Shown one piece after another: positions 48,080-60,947 of a stretch of DNA of 64,000 bases. A program made the position numbers and the translations under genes. This stretch comes from Seison nebaliae (lineage: Eukaryota). The DNA lies in NCBI GenBank assembly GCA_023231475.1, contig JALJEE010002282.1, positions 1-64,000 on the forward strand, in the 5' to 3' direction. A model generated the notes under the pieces. That model had not been told where the DNA came from. It saw only the letters and a list, made by a program, of their open reading frames with translations, and did no database searches. How positions within the stretch are numbered: position 1 is the first letter of the stretch; every line of letters begins with the position of its first letter.

Positions 48080-50732
48080 GTCATTTCTTTCACGATTATC
48101 GTCACTATTGTGCGACAATAGTAAATTGTTTTGTCGGGAATCCTTCACTAATTTTCTCTAATGTCGATTGTCGACATTTCTCATCAATAAATTAAGAACA
48201 TTCACAAGGAAAAGTTCGAGATTTCCTCCCAAATCATCCCAACTGATTAATTTCAAACTCATCACTAAATAATGGAACATGTTTAATTTTTTTCAATATT
48301 TTCTTCTTCTTCTGAAGTATATATTTTTCAACGAACACATATTTCGAATAATTCTTCCCAGAATTTCATGGCTCGTTTGTGGGTGAATGAATTAACTGAT
48401 GTAATATCATCATCATTATCATCACGGTCACCATCATAATTTGAGATAGAAGATAATTGTGAATTTCTCATTCTGATGAGAACATCAAATCGAAAGAAAA
48501 CACCAGAAAATCGATAAAGTTTCATTTACTAACGTTACGGAAAGTTTGGGTGGAAAAATGAGGAAGTAGTATGAATGTTGATAATAATTATGTCGTTTCG
48601 CACTGCTTCAATTTATTGTTGTAATAAACGGGTTACACTTCAACTTCGTTCCAATATGACGAAGAAGAAAATAAGAAAATAAAGAACTTTAATTGTAATA
48701 AGAAATGTGTCTAATCGAAAAGAATAAAAAGAGTTTGAAGATTTCTTCCAAACAAACGAAAAATATTTTTTAAAAATTATTTTAAAAAAAATATTTAAAA
48801 AAAATTAACTAAATAACATTCACCCTCTCATGGAATGGAAATAATCAGGATAGATCAAAACGTAGAGATCATATGGCTACTTTGAGAAGGATTGATATTA
48901 AGGAATTTCTGACAAATATAATTAACAGATTGGCATTGTTCGAAGAGTAATTCATTGGAATAATTATTCGTCGATTGTCAGGAACAAATGTTAATAATCA
49001 TCAAATAAAGTTCATATTTTGAAATAGGGTAAAACATCTGCTATTTCTTTTTCCGAATTCTCATCAACAATGAGGTGGATGGTGAAAGGGAATTTTTTTT
49101 TGGATAATTATTCGTCTGATACTTCACATGATTAATAGGAATCGAATTCGAATGAATTTGGCGGAGAAATCTGTCTGAATTATTCTGGAGTCCAGAGCAG
49201 CGATCGAATGAATCAATTGTATAAAATTTCAATCAATAATAAATAATGGAACAATTAATGGAATATGAGAGTTTGATTAGTAGTAGTTGGGAAAGAACAG
49301 TCGCACATAACCTACTGGTAAAAGTTTGGTTTACTCTGAGATTGAATATTTATTCATTCTTCTCCTCAACATCTCCTCTCTCCCATTTAACATTTACTCT
49401 TTCGACGTGAAATCATTCGTTCACCAACAATTCATGTAGTTGCGGTAAGAATAACAGTAAACAATCATTACAAGTACTCAGAGAGATTTGATTCACACAT
49501 ATTAGTTACAACTCAATAATGGTGAGAATGAGTAAGATAAATAACAAAGGAAATTTTTGATATGGAAGAAAATTCGTGAGAAATTGTAACGAAGTTCATA
49601 TTACAAAGAGAGATTTGTTACGAATAGACTTCGGCCGGAAAATAACCGAATGATGAGGCCCGTTCAAGAACATTTTGGAGCCTAAGCGAAGAGGTAGTGG
49701 TAATATAATAATGATGAATAACAGTAAAATTTCTAAAGTGGCACTGCAACCAGTTGGAAGGACGATGACCTTGCCCATTGCTGTGCATTTATCAATTTTC
49801 CTGCACATTCTGATTTATTGGAGAGACTGTGCATCAATGTGTGTAAGTGCACATGTGAACTAGGGAATGGTCTGCTTTCCTTAACATCAAATTTAATGTA
49901 CATATAATGAATTTCATACAAGAAATATTTCTCGAATGGTTTATTTATTGAATAGTTTGCTGGAAATAATGAAAGTATGAGAAATATTGATGTAACAATT
50001 GTAACAAGAATTGTATTAGGGCACAGTTTGAACATATGAGCACAATATAGAATCTTCAATAGAAGAGCATTTGTGTAGATGTGTCGTTTCTCGCAACATC
50101 ACACACCAAGACCATTCTTTATACATAGTAAGATGTATACGTAGAAGTTTATTTTGTTTATAAAGAAGTGTAGAAATTGAAATGTGGAGAAATAAGTTGA
50201 ATACCATCGTCCCTCGTCTAGTATCACCGCTATTTTTTCTATGTACAACTTGCTAATAAGTCGTCTTCTAATGTGAATGTCGTTCGCATAATTTATGCAA
50301 ACTGAAAAACATACAGAGTCAGGGACAACCATCCATTTTCTCTCTATGTTCCAACTGGGGACATATGTACCGACGTTTCTACTTATCTCTATTCTACATA
50401 CACAATATTACATCAATGGCTAAATATACATAATATCCGAGAAGAATAAATGAGTAGTTGAGTTTTAAACTTATTTCCTTTACTGAAATTTGAGACTGAC
50501 ATAGAATTAATTTGATGTTTATCACTAATTGAATATAAACGATAAGTTTTAGAACTTTTCTTTTTAGAATTATCGATAATTATCGAACACAATTAAAATT
50601 CACATAATATCTTGTCACTTTCACATCGAAGCGAATCGTTCTTTCGCTCGAAATTCCTTATTATTTACTCATTATCACGAGTAATTGTTGGAAAATGCAA
50701 ATGTGTTTGAGAAAGTTGTAAAAGAAATAAAC

Positions 50733-51875
50733 TTTATTCTTCTTGTGTAGTTTTATTTGTGGAATGTCACTAGAACCATTCTCCGATTTCTTTTCTTCAA
50801 ATAATGTTATTGACGTTTTCTCCCGTTGAGGCGATTGGTAAACACTGACGTTCTTGACGGAACCTACAGGCGAAAAATTTACGATTTTCGCTGATTGCGG
50901 TGTGGTTGGAGAGACGAAATGCCTATCAGTTCTCGTACTCATTTCTGAGATACGTGAAATTTTTTCTGTTGTCGTCGTATGTTGAGTGTCACGTTCTTCT
51001 GTAGTCACTGCAATTAATGCTGGCATCTTATTAGCTTGGAGAACTTTGCTATTATCTAACACCGACTGATTAACATATTGTGTTTTACGTTGAGGTTTAT
51101 TTTTATTGTTGTTGTTGTTGAGCTCGAGAGATTGTGGTCTTAAATAATTGTTGTTTGATGAATTCAAATTTTCTTTATTATCAAAATTATTATTATTAAC
51201 GATGTTGTTGTTATTGTTATTGTTTGTTTCAAAAATTCTTTCCATATTTCTGTCATGCATTTGAACGTATGGTGTTGATTGTGAGAAAACGGTATTGGGT
51301 TGAGATAAATATGGTAATTTACCCGACGTTAAACTACCAACTGGTGAAGTAGAATTTTGATAGTTCATACCGATATTAGATGAATTTAATTGTAATTGAG
51401 TTGTTTGCCATTCCTTCAATTTCTCTTTTTGACTCTCGTCCATATTCTGCAAAGTGGCAAGAAGTTCTGGTGGTAAATTTCGATACTGGTTCATCGAAGT
51501 CGATTGATCCTCGTTATAAGTGACTGGCGCTTCCACCATCTTCTCATTTTCCGTATTAGCTAATGGTAAATTATTCGGTAAATTAAAATATGTTCGTTTA
51601 ATTGGAGAGGAAGAAGACGATTGATTATATGATGGTTGATCAGATGGAAGAACTCCATGAAAATTTGGATTACCAAATTCCGGATCTGAAGAGAAAGATA
51701 TTTCTTTTTGACTTTTACTACTGCTGGTTTTGAATCGAGGAAAACTCTTCTGTATATTCTTCATTATCGATGAGGAATTACTTGAACTTTTATGTTTATA
51801 AGACGATCTATTGTTGCCGTTTGGATTGTCGTATCCGGTTGTCAAAGAAGAATTCTGATAGGCATTGTTTTGCAT
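50733..51875 (-). CDS. 381-codon Asn/Ser/Gln-rich exon, probable distal first coding exon of the IF locus
   Basis: ORF ends AAT AAA|gtttat (phase 0), compatible with acceptor 47278; the read-through tail VYFFYNFL looks intronic. Frame stays open upstream to an acceptor at 51929. Confidence 0.65.
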
Positions 51876-53267
51876 GATCGGCGATGTTGAATAATTTAAT
51901 AGGAGAGGAGTGTCAGGTAAAGGTTCTTCTTTGATAGTTTGTTATGAAATAAAAAATGAGAGAAATGAAACACTTTTCTCTATAAGAAAAATAGTTCTAT
52001 GGTTTTTTTTAGGAAGAAAGTTCTCATGATTGTCATTCAGAAAGTAATAGACATGATGAAAAAAGCATTTTCGGACATTTTCCTCTTTTTTAACAATAAA
52101 ACTTTTATTCAAATGTCAAATTAATAAATTGAGAAAATGAAATTTTGTTAGATCAGTAAATTTACTGAAAGAGAATAAATTTGTAACGAGACTAAATAAT
52201 TAGTGAATTTGGAGGATTCATTTTCCACAGATACACAGATCATAAACGATAAATGATTACTGATTTCCAGTAGGGGAGGAAGACGATGAATATGTCTTTG
52301 TCAGTGAAATGTTTGTCAAGATTTGATGATTTGGGTGCGTCCTTCCGACGACGTCAGATTTAGTAGAAGATTTGTCACTGGTCATACTTAAATATGTCAA
52401 AGAGACTTGTAACAACGGCATGATAATGAATTTTCTTATATATGACGTTTTATAGAAACAATTGGACGATGATAGCCTTGGATGAATGATGTCAATGAAC
52501 ATTGGTCAAGAATTTACCTGTATCATTCTCTCTGTATTTCTAATGAAGAGAATTCAATAAGAAATTTACTACGTTGTCATGACAACCAATTTAGCGGGTG
52601 TGTATGTGCATTCTTTTAATGGCAGCTCAATAAATGATGATCAGCATTTCATCGTGCTCGTTAAAGAGAAATCAGATGGATGGAAATGATGAATGTGATG
52701 GATTTCTTTCACTTACAGGATAGAACGTTAAAATGATTAATGTAAATAAGATTTCCGTTAGTGCTAAGCTAAATGATAATCCAACAATAATCTTGGAAAG
52801 AAAATGAATAAATAAACTCTCATATTTTATTTGGAAATATTTCCCTTCATAAACTTTCTTATAATTTATCGAATAAATCAATTAATACGTTCAAGGTGAA
52901 CGAACTGTTCAAGATGTGGCTCTTCTCCTAATGATTCACAAGGGACAGAGACTCGATGGGAAATTAGGAGATTTCGATTAGACGTCCAAATATTAGTCAG
53001 CCATTTCACTGCAAGTGTCTTATATATCATATTAACCGACGGTATTTTAACGAACAAGTAAACATGTTTATTAGTTCAGATTCAGCTGTTATCATTTAAA
53101 ATCGATGATCATGTTCATGAATCATATTATTGCTGGTGATTATGATGAACATCTGTTCATATTTGAAGTTTTCCATTGACCCACCTACACACATAAGGTC
53201 ACATTTAACAAATTGAAGAGGAGAGAGAATTATGAAAAGTTAGGCTTAACTTCCAATTAGGAAAAAA

Positions 53268-54605
53268 ATGAAATTGAATCACATTCTCCACAGTGTTAAA
53301 GGAGCGTTTATCGTTTCAGCATGTCGTACTCCTTTCGGATCGATGGGTGGTGCACTTTCATCTTTAACTGCATCAGAATTAGGTGCAATCGCTGTAAGAA
53401 ATGCATTCGAACGAACGAAATTGGATTCTTCATTAATTGATGAGGTCTATATGGGTGCTGTCTATCAAGGCGGTCAAGGTCAAGATATGGCACGACAAAC
53501 GATAATCTTGAACAAATATCCCGTCGATATCGTCTCCACAACATTCAATAAAGCATGTGCGTCCGGAATGAAGACGATAACGACCGCTTCTCAAGCTCTA
53601 ATGTTGGGACATCAACACATAATGATTTGTGGTGGAATGGAAAGTATGTCGAATGTTCCGTTTATATTAAAGAGGAATGCAGTGAAATATGGTGGATTTA
53701 AAATGGAGGATGGTATCTTGTATGATGGATTGACAGATATCTTCAGCGGGAGACACATGGGCGAATGTACCGAAGGTGTTATTAAAAAACACAACATCAC
53801 AAGAAAAGAACAAGACGACTATGCCATTTCCAGTTACACACGGTCAAAACAAGCGTGGGAAGTTTTAATTCATTTTTATTCATTCCAATTTCAATTCGAT
53901 AAATATTGAAAAGAATAATATTTTTAAAGATGAAGTTATTCCAATCGAAGTGAAAGATCGAAAAGGAAAAATTACGAAAGTGGAAGAAGATGAAGAATAT
54001 CGTCGTGTAAATTTCGAAAAATTTGGTAAATTACGAGCCGTTTTCACCAAAGACGGTTCCATCAATTTTCCATTTTTTAAATTTCAATCCGTTTCCAGGA
54101 ACAATAACTGCCGCAAATGCCAGTACGTTAAATGATGGTGCAGGAGCCGTCGTATTGATGTCGGAAGATGCCCTCATTAAATTCAACATCGAACCATTAG
54201 CTCGAATAGTGTCGTTTGCCGATTCATGTGTGGAACCGGAAAATTTTGCATTAGCTCCAGGAAAAGGTATTCCGATCGCTTTAACGAAAGCGGGATTAAC
54301 GTTCGTTTATTTAAGTAATAATTATTCTGATTAATTCAAAATTTTAAAGGACAAATCAAATATCGATGTGGGAGATCAATGAAGCATTTAGTGCTGTGGC
54401 AGTTGTTAATACAAAATTGTTAGATTTGGATCCAACGAAAGTGAATATGCATGGTGGAGCAGTGTCATTAGGACATCCAGTTGGGGCGTCAGGTACAAGA
54501 ATTACTGGACATCTTGTTCATCAATTGAAGAAGAATGAATTTGGTTGTGCTTCCATTTGTAACGGTGGGGGTGGAGCGACAACAATAATTCTTGAAAAAA
54601 TGTAA
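53268..54605 (+). CDS. ACAT1: Acetyl-CoA acetyltransferase (mitochondrial thiolase)
   Basis: Exons 53268-53861, 53914-54055, 54099-54300, 54350-54605. [58 protein letters not shown]. Confidence 0.93.
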
Positions 54606-54639
54606 AATATTTTAAATTATTTCCAAATAAAATTTATCA

Positions 54640-56525
54640 TCATTTATTTATTAATGAAACTGATTCATCTTTTTTTAATTCAAATTCTTTCATATCAGTA
54701 TCCGATTCAATTTTCATTAAATCTTTTGATGTAATTCCATATAATTCGGCGTTCAATTCATCATCATCATCATCATCAAATTTTTCATTAAGCCAACTAT
54801 TTTTATTATCATCATTTGGATGACAATAGTAGGGGATTTTTCCACGTTGGAAATCGTTGAGAATCATCATCGAAACCGTTCTCACATCAGGTCGATTACC
54901 TTTCAACAATTTACCTGTTTTGAAAGCGATTTTCTCCAAAAAATCATTTTCATCTTTCCAATCCTCGTCAATTTTGTATGTTGCCGCCAAATGTTTTCGA
55001 TTGACTCGATCGATTAGAACATGAATATGATTCTCAGGCATCGGAACATTCTCCACTCGAATCTCAAATATCATATAATGAATAAGTAATGAATAATATA
55101 ATAAAATATTAACAACTCCTTTCAGAATGATGTCGCTTTCCGTATCACCATAAGGATAGACGATACCAGGACAATCGATTAAAAATATTTTTTTCGTTAA
55201 ACTGATATATTGCCACACTTTCGTTTCACCAGCGATCGGCGCTACATTACAAACTTTCTTCTCTTTCAATGTATTAATAAGAGAACTCTTTCCTGAATTT
55301 GGATATCCGATTAAACCGACACTAATTTGCTTCTTATCTGGATGCATCTGAATTGGGTGAAAATGAAATACAAATCAAATTCAAAAGAGATTTAACTGCC
55401 GTAAATTGTCGAAGTAGATGAATCAATGCCAAACGACCAAACGATTTAGATGTACTACATTTGAAAGCGATGGTTGGATATTCACACGACAATTTTTTTA
55501 TCCATAATTTCTTCAAAAAAAAAATTTTCATTTTTCAAAAAATCGAAGAAGAAATTGAACTGTACACGATGTTGGTACTAAATCACATTTGTTCAAAACG
55601 AACACTAAATGCTTAAACGGTTTCTCTTTTTTCAAATATTTCTCCACTTGTTTACAACGTGTTCCTTCCGGATCTCGACAATCCAAAATATGTAGAAGAA
55701 CATCTGATGAATCGATGACCTGTCATAAAATTAAAAAAATTGAAATTTCAATTAGATTTTATGAAAAATAACTTTGTATAATTCGTTCCAAATGCGTTTA
55801 CTTTGTCCCGCTTTGAATAAAGGAAACATTGTCGAATCTTTCACTCCATCATCGTCCACCACCAGATCGGTATCATTTTTCTCCTCATATTTCAGATTGG
55901 CTTGGGCAGCTGCCGATACTAATTCCTGATGGAAAAAATGAAAAATTTTCTTCTTTCAAATAAACTTCGAGATCGTTTGTCATAATTTTCGGTTTCTTCC
56001 GATTTTTCTTTCCTGTAAATGTTTCTTCGAATGGTTCCACATCTAACAGATGCATTCGTTTTTGCTAATTGATAATAGAAAATAATTTAGAAAGAATTTA
56101 AGAAGGAACTTTCATTGATTCTTGTAATAATGTGATGGGCAATTTAGTTTGACGTAAAACAACTTGATATGGATTGTTGAGTGCACTTCCTAATTTCTCC
56201 TGAAAATTTTGAAGTTTCTGTTGTTCGATAGTTTTCGTATTACCAAACCATCTTCGATTTGGTTCTATTCTTGACACTTCTCCACTTTTCACCGTTTCTT
56301 GAAAAGGAGCAGCTTTTATAATTTTTCCATGACGATCTCGTTTCGGTTTACAATGTTTATACATCAACAATCGTTTGATTGTCGATTTGTCGCGTTGAGA
56401 ATCATTTTTACGTTCACGATCTAATTAAATTTATTTTTGAAAAATTTTTACGATGCTCAATAACCTGGATTAAGACTATGTTGACCAGTTTTATTCTTAT
56501 GAACAAACTTCTTTTTTTGACCCAT
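54640..56525 (-). CDS. GNL2: Nucleolar GTP-binding protein 2 (Nog2), multi-exon
   Basis: [86 protein letters not shown]; about 7 short introns. Confidence 0.93.
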
Positions 56526-56856
56526 CACTAGTTGGGTGTGTGAGAATTATTTAAATAAATAATCTCCTAAAATTACTTCACATGTGGAAGGTACAGCTAA
56601 AAATTTAAATGGATGTCAATTCAGAAAATAAAATAATATTTAATAATTTATAATTTTTATTATTTTGAAATTTTAAGGTTTATTGATTGTTCATCGTGTT
56701 TTAAGATAAACTTAAAATTTGAAATTGTAAAAAATTTTAATTTTTAAAATTTAATTAACTAATTCAATCGAAAGAATTTCAATCAAATTGATAACTATTT
56801 AAAATATCATCGTTTATCATCCATTATTTTCGTACAGGAATTAAGAAAGTACAATC

Positions 56857-58728
56857 ATGAATTCACCGCTACATATGTCACTTCTTTCCGTCATCTCATA
56901 TTATGCTGATAGAAATGATGTCACTAACTGTTACCGTTATATGGACGTGTATCTGGAGGACCAATGGTTGAATGCAAATATTCCCGAAATTCTCATGTTC
57001 GAAATGGAGTACAAAGCCGCTCATCTCCTCTACCATTACACGAATGAGCATTCACTCGCTGCTTTCCATTGTCGCAATATTTTGATTCGAATGAAAACAT
57101 CCGAATGTGTCATCGATTTATATGAGGAATATAAACTGATCGAATATACCGCCTATTGGTTACTCGTGGCGATTTATAAAAAGTGGGAACATGAAGTGGA
57201 TATGAAACAAACATTATTTGCTGCTAATCAAATCGAATATGATGGTAATGATTCTCGTATTTTACAATATAAATTACGATGTGCATTACTTCTCTCTCAG
57301 ACATTATGTGAAGGATATAAATCACATGACATCGCTTGTACTCTTTTGGAGGCGATGGATGAAGGAAAATTCAATAAATTACAACGAATATATCTTCTTC
57401 TTTATCTTTGTTATTTGAAATTGAAGAATGGATGTGACGTAGAAGATTTGTTCGAAAATATCGATCATCGAATTAGTTCGTTGGCGGTTTCAATCGGTAA
57501 TTCCAACGAATTATTAGATCAATTAATTGGAGAATATGAAAGTTGTGAAGAAGAATTATTAATTGTCGCTCTCTATTATCATATTTTGAAAACTTATCAT
57601 TTCGTCATGGCCGATAAAAGTTTGTTGGTAAATAATGAAGTTCATTTCTCACAAATTCTTATAAAACAATTGACGAATATGAATAAAGGAAATGAACCTC
57701 TTCTCTCAACTTTTAAAAATTCAAGAATTATGTGGATTAGAAAAGAAGAATTAATTTCCGTTTTTTATATTTTCTCTTCTGTCAATTATCTGACTAATGG
57801 TCATATGATTCGAGCGAGAATCAATTCAGATAAATCAATGAAAATCCTTCAAATCGCCAATATTAACAATCGATTAATGAAATCCATCATTCTTCAATAT
57901 GAAATAATTTCTTTAATTTGTGAACAGAAAATGAAAGACGCAATTGATCTATATGGAAATCAATCCGATTTATTCTCAACTTCTCAATTTCCCATCATTA
58001 AACTATTCGATCAATTCATTCGAATGTGGATTAATTTCCGATTGTCCAATTTCGATAAAGCATTTAAAGAGAAAAAAGAAATTGAAAATAGTTTATCTAA
58101 TTTCCATGAACGATTCGTTGAGAATGTGACACTTTCTCTTCGCAATATCGAATTGTCACATTATTTAATGAATGAGAAAAAATTCCATAAAAATTCAAAT
58201 GAAAAAATTTTGAAAAAAATGAAAACGGATTTATTATCGAAGAATGATCATCAAACTAAATCGACAAATCAGGAAATCGTTCAATGTCTCCAAGTTCTTT
58301 TCAATGAAATGATTTACAAATTCGACAATGAATCAGACGATTATAAAATGATTGAGAAAGATATATTAAGTTATGTAACAACAGTTTGTCGATCGACTGA
58401 ACGGAAAATTGATAATAATTATGTCAATTTATTTATTGGGTATAAATTGATGAAGTCGGGCGATATGGATGGAGCGAAAAGAATTTGTAGAAGACTTTTC
58501 AAAAGTTCCGCTCTCATGAAACAATTAGAATATGCTTCACTCAAATTGTTATCTCGAATTGATTATGAATATGAATTGACATTGAACAGAGTGGAACAAA
58601 CATATAATAATGTTCTTGAGGGATTGAGAAAAAATGAGATTTTTTACAATTCTCATCTCAAATCTGAATTAGTTGATATGGAACAAATTACTTCGTCAGA
58701 AACGACTGAAACAATTCCATCAAATTAA
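56857..58728 (+). CDS. MAU2: Divergent MAU2/Scc4 cohesin loader subunit (helical repeat protein, 623 aa)
   Basis: LLYHYTNEHSLAAFH, YEEYK..AYWLLVAIY and MWIRKEELISVFYIFSSVNYLTNGHMIRARINSDKSM align by eye with remembered MAU2 segments ([63 protein letters not shown]). Length is similar. Confidence 0.65.
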   Translation: MNSPLHMSLLSVISYYADRNDVTNCYRYMDVYLEDQWLNANIPEILMFEMEYKAAHLLYHYTNEHSLAAFHCRNILIRMKTSECVIDLYEEYKLIEYTAYWLLVAIYKKWEHEVDMKQTLFAANQIEYDGNDSRILQYKLRCALLLSQTLCEGYKSHDIACTLLEAMDEGKFNKLQRIYLLLYLCYLKLKNGCDVEDLFENIDHRISSLAVSIGNSNELLDQLIGEYESCEEELLIVALYYHILKTYHFVMADKSLLVNNEVHFSQILIKQLTNMNKGNEPLLSTFKNSRIMWIRKEELISVFYIFSSVNYLTNGHMIRARINSDKSMKILQIANINNRLMKSIILQYEIISLICEQKMKDAIDLYGNQSDLFSTSQFPIIKLFDQFIRMWINFRLSNFDKAFKEKKEIENSLSNFHERFVENVTLSLRNIELSHYLMNEKKFHKNSNEKILKKMKTDLLSKNDHQTKSTNQEIVQCLQVLFNEMIYKFDNESDDYKMIEKDILSYVTTVCRSTERKIDNNYVNLFIGYKLMKSGDMDGAKRICRRLFKSSALMKQLEYASLKLLSRIDYEYELTLNRVEQTYNNVLEGLRKNEIFYNSHLKSELVDMEQITSSETTETIPSN

Positions 58729-58736
58729 ATAAATTT

Positions 58737-60404
58737 TCAATTTTTCGTTTTTTCATAATTGAAATTATCCACCGTCATACAATATCGATCATTCACTTTA
58801 TCCGTTCTACAAATCGGATTACTGTAAATACTAATAAATGATTCATTATTCTTCTCATTTCGATGAAATTTCTCCATCAACAATTCATCCAATATCGATT
58901 GTGTTGTTGTTGTTGTTGTTGTTATTATTGGTTGTTTGAGAATTGAAGTAATTGACGTTTTTCTTTTTAAAATTTCACTATCATGTTCTCTTGTATGTTG
59001 TGGTTTATTCAATACATTCGACATGAAAGATGCGAAATTCATTTGATTATCATTCTCATTTTGTTGTTTGAGTTCTGGTAAGAGAAATGAAATTTCCTTC
59101 TTATTATTCCTCCGATTACTATAAGTTTTGTGGAGATCGGTCATTGTATGATTTGTATTAGAATCGAATGATGTTGAAGAAATCGTTGAAATATTTGAAT
59201 CAATCGTTGTTGTTGTAATTGGAATATTTCTCATAAATTCCACGGATGATGATCGAGGTAATTTTCCATTTTTTCTGGAAATGTTTTGAAGAGGAATAAT
59301 TTCATCAACATCATCAATATCATCATTTGATAAATCGATGGATTGGTGACAATATGATATTTTCGGTGTAAGACGAATCGATGGAGAATATTGGAATGAA
59401 CGTTTCGATGTTTTATATTCCATTTTCGATTCGGGTAATTTCCTCGATTTACTACTATAATTAAATTTTCCATCAAACTTCATTTCTTTATCGAATTTAA
59501 ATTCCGAAAAAATTTCACGATTTTTCTTACCTCTTAATTTACTGGAAAGGTTTGGTACAAGACATGGCTCCGATATCGCTATGTCAGGTAATTGGGAAGA
59601 TTTGGATGATTTCCTTCTTAATTTCCCTTCAGACTTTCCACTTATATTCGCTTTGGCATAAAATGAATTGAACTTTGTCAATTGTTTTCTTCGAGTTCGT
59701 TTCTTTGACAGATAATTTTCATAATTATCATTTTTATTTTCTTTCGCCACTAACGACGATGATCGATGAATGATCTTTTTGAAATTATCTAAAATTGACC
59801 ATTTACCATGATCATCGACGACTTTATTATGTTTCTTATTTGTCGATTCTAATTTTTGTAATTTTTTCAAATTATCATAATTCTTTTCTTGTTTCATTAA
59901 CATTTTGGGTGAGGTTGTCGATTGATAAATATTTTTGGCTTGAGAAAAAAATTCTTTCGTTTTCAAATATTCGTTAGTGACTGACGAAAGATAATTCATT
60001 TCATCTTTGAAATCCTTACTCGTTTCTTCCGACGAGAAATCGACAGTTACTCCATAATCGGAATTGACAGATCGATATGGATCCAAAGTAGATATGGTCG
60101 ATGTTTGTTGACATTTCAAACAATCATAATGATGAGTTAACGAAGAATTAGTGGAGTTGACTGATAATTTTCGTTCGATCACATTCTTCAATTGATGTTG
60201 GATATCGTCGAGTTTCTTCTCGGGAATCTTCTCATCAATTATCGATAAATTATTTTTAATTATTTTCATCATCTCCTCCACTAACTCTTCATTATTCTCT
60301 CGAATTTTATTCATCATTTCTATCTCATTCATTGGATCGGTCGATGGTTTTTTCTTCTGTTTTTCATTGATTTTCGAACACGTCGAATTGGGAAGTAACT
60401 GATA

Positions 60405-60437
<33 letters not shown>

Positions 60438-60947
60438 GGAATCATTATTTTGTGGAAGGAGATAATGTAAAGAAATATTTTGTTGACGAGCGTCGACATT
60501 CTTGAAAAGAATCTCATCCATCTCTTCCGAATCATTTATACTGATTTCGTCGTCAGAAAGTGAGTAATTCGTTTCTGACTCATCCGTCATGTTCGATATC
60601 ATTTCTGTAATAGAATTACGGATAGCTTGACTCAACGTTACGACAGAATTCCCATCATTGTTCGTCTCCTCATACAAATGTTCACTGTTGGCCATGGCTA
60701 ATCCGTTTACATTCTTCTCCTCTTCATAAACCTTAAGGAAATCAGGTAAACGGTATTTGTCGTCGTCAACCTTCGCTTCGAAATTGTTCACTATTTCACT
60801 CACTCGACTATTCGTCGATTGACTCATTCGTTTATTTTGAATCTTCTCCTTATTCGCAACCGGTCTATACTGGAATCCATTCCGCTTATCTATCTGTTCC
60901 CCACCTAACGATCTGTTATTGGGTGATCGGACAACATATTTCAACAT
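58737..60947 (-). CDS. Intronless 736-aa low-complexity protein (poly-Q, poly-T, Ser/Lys/Asn-rich), unknown function
   Basis: 2.2-kb ORF in AT-rich DNA; no recognised domain. Confidence 0.7.
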
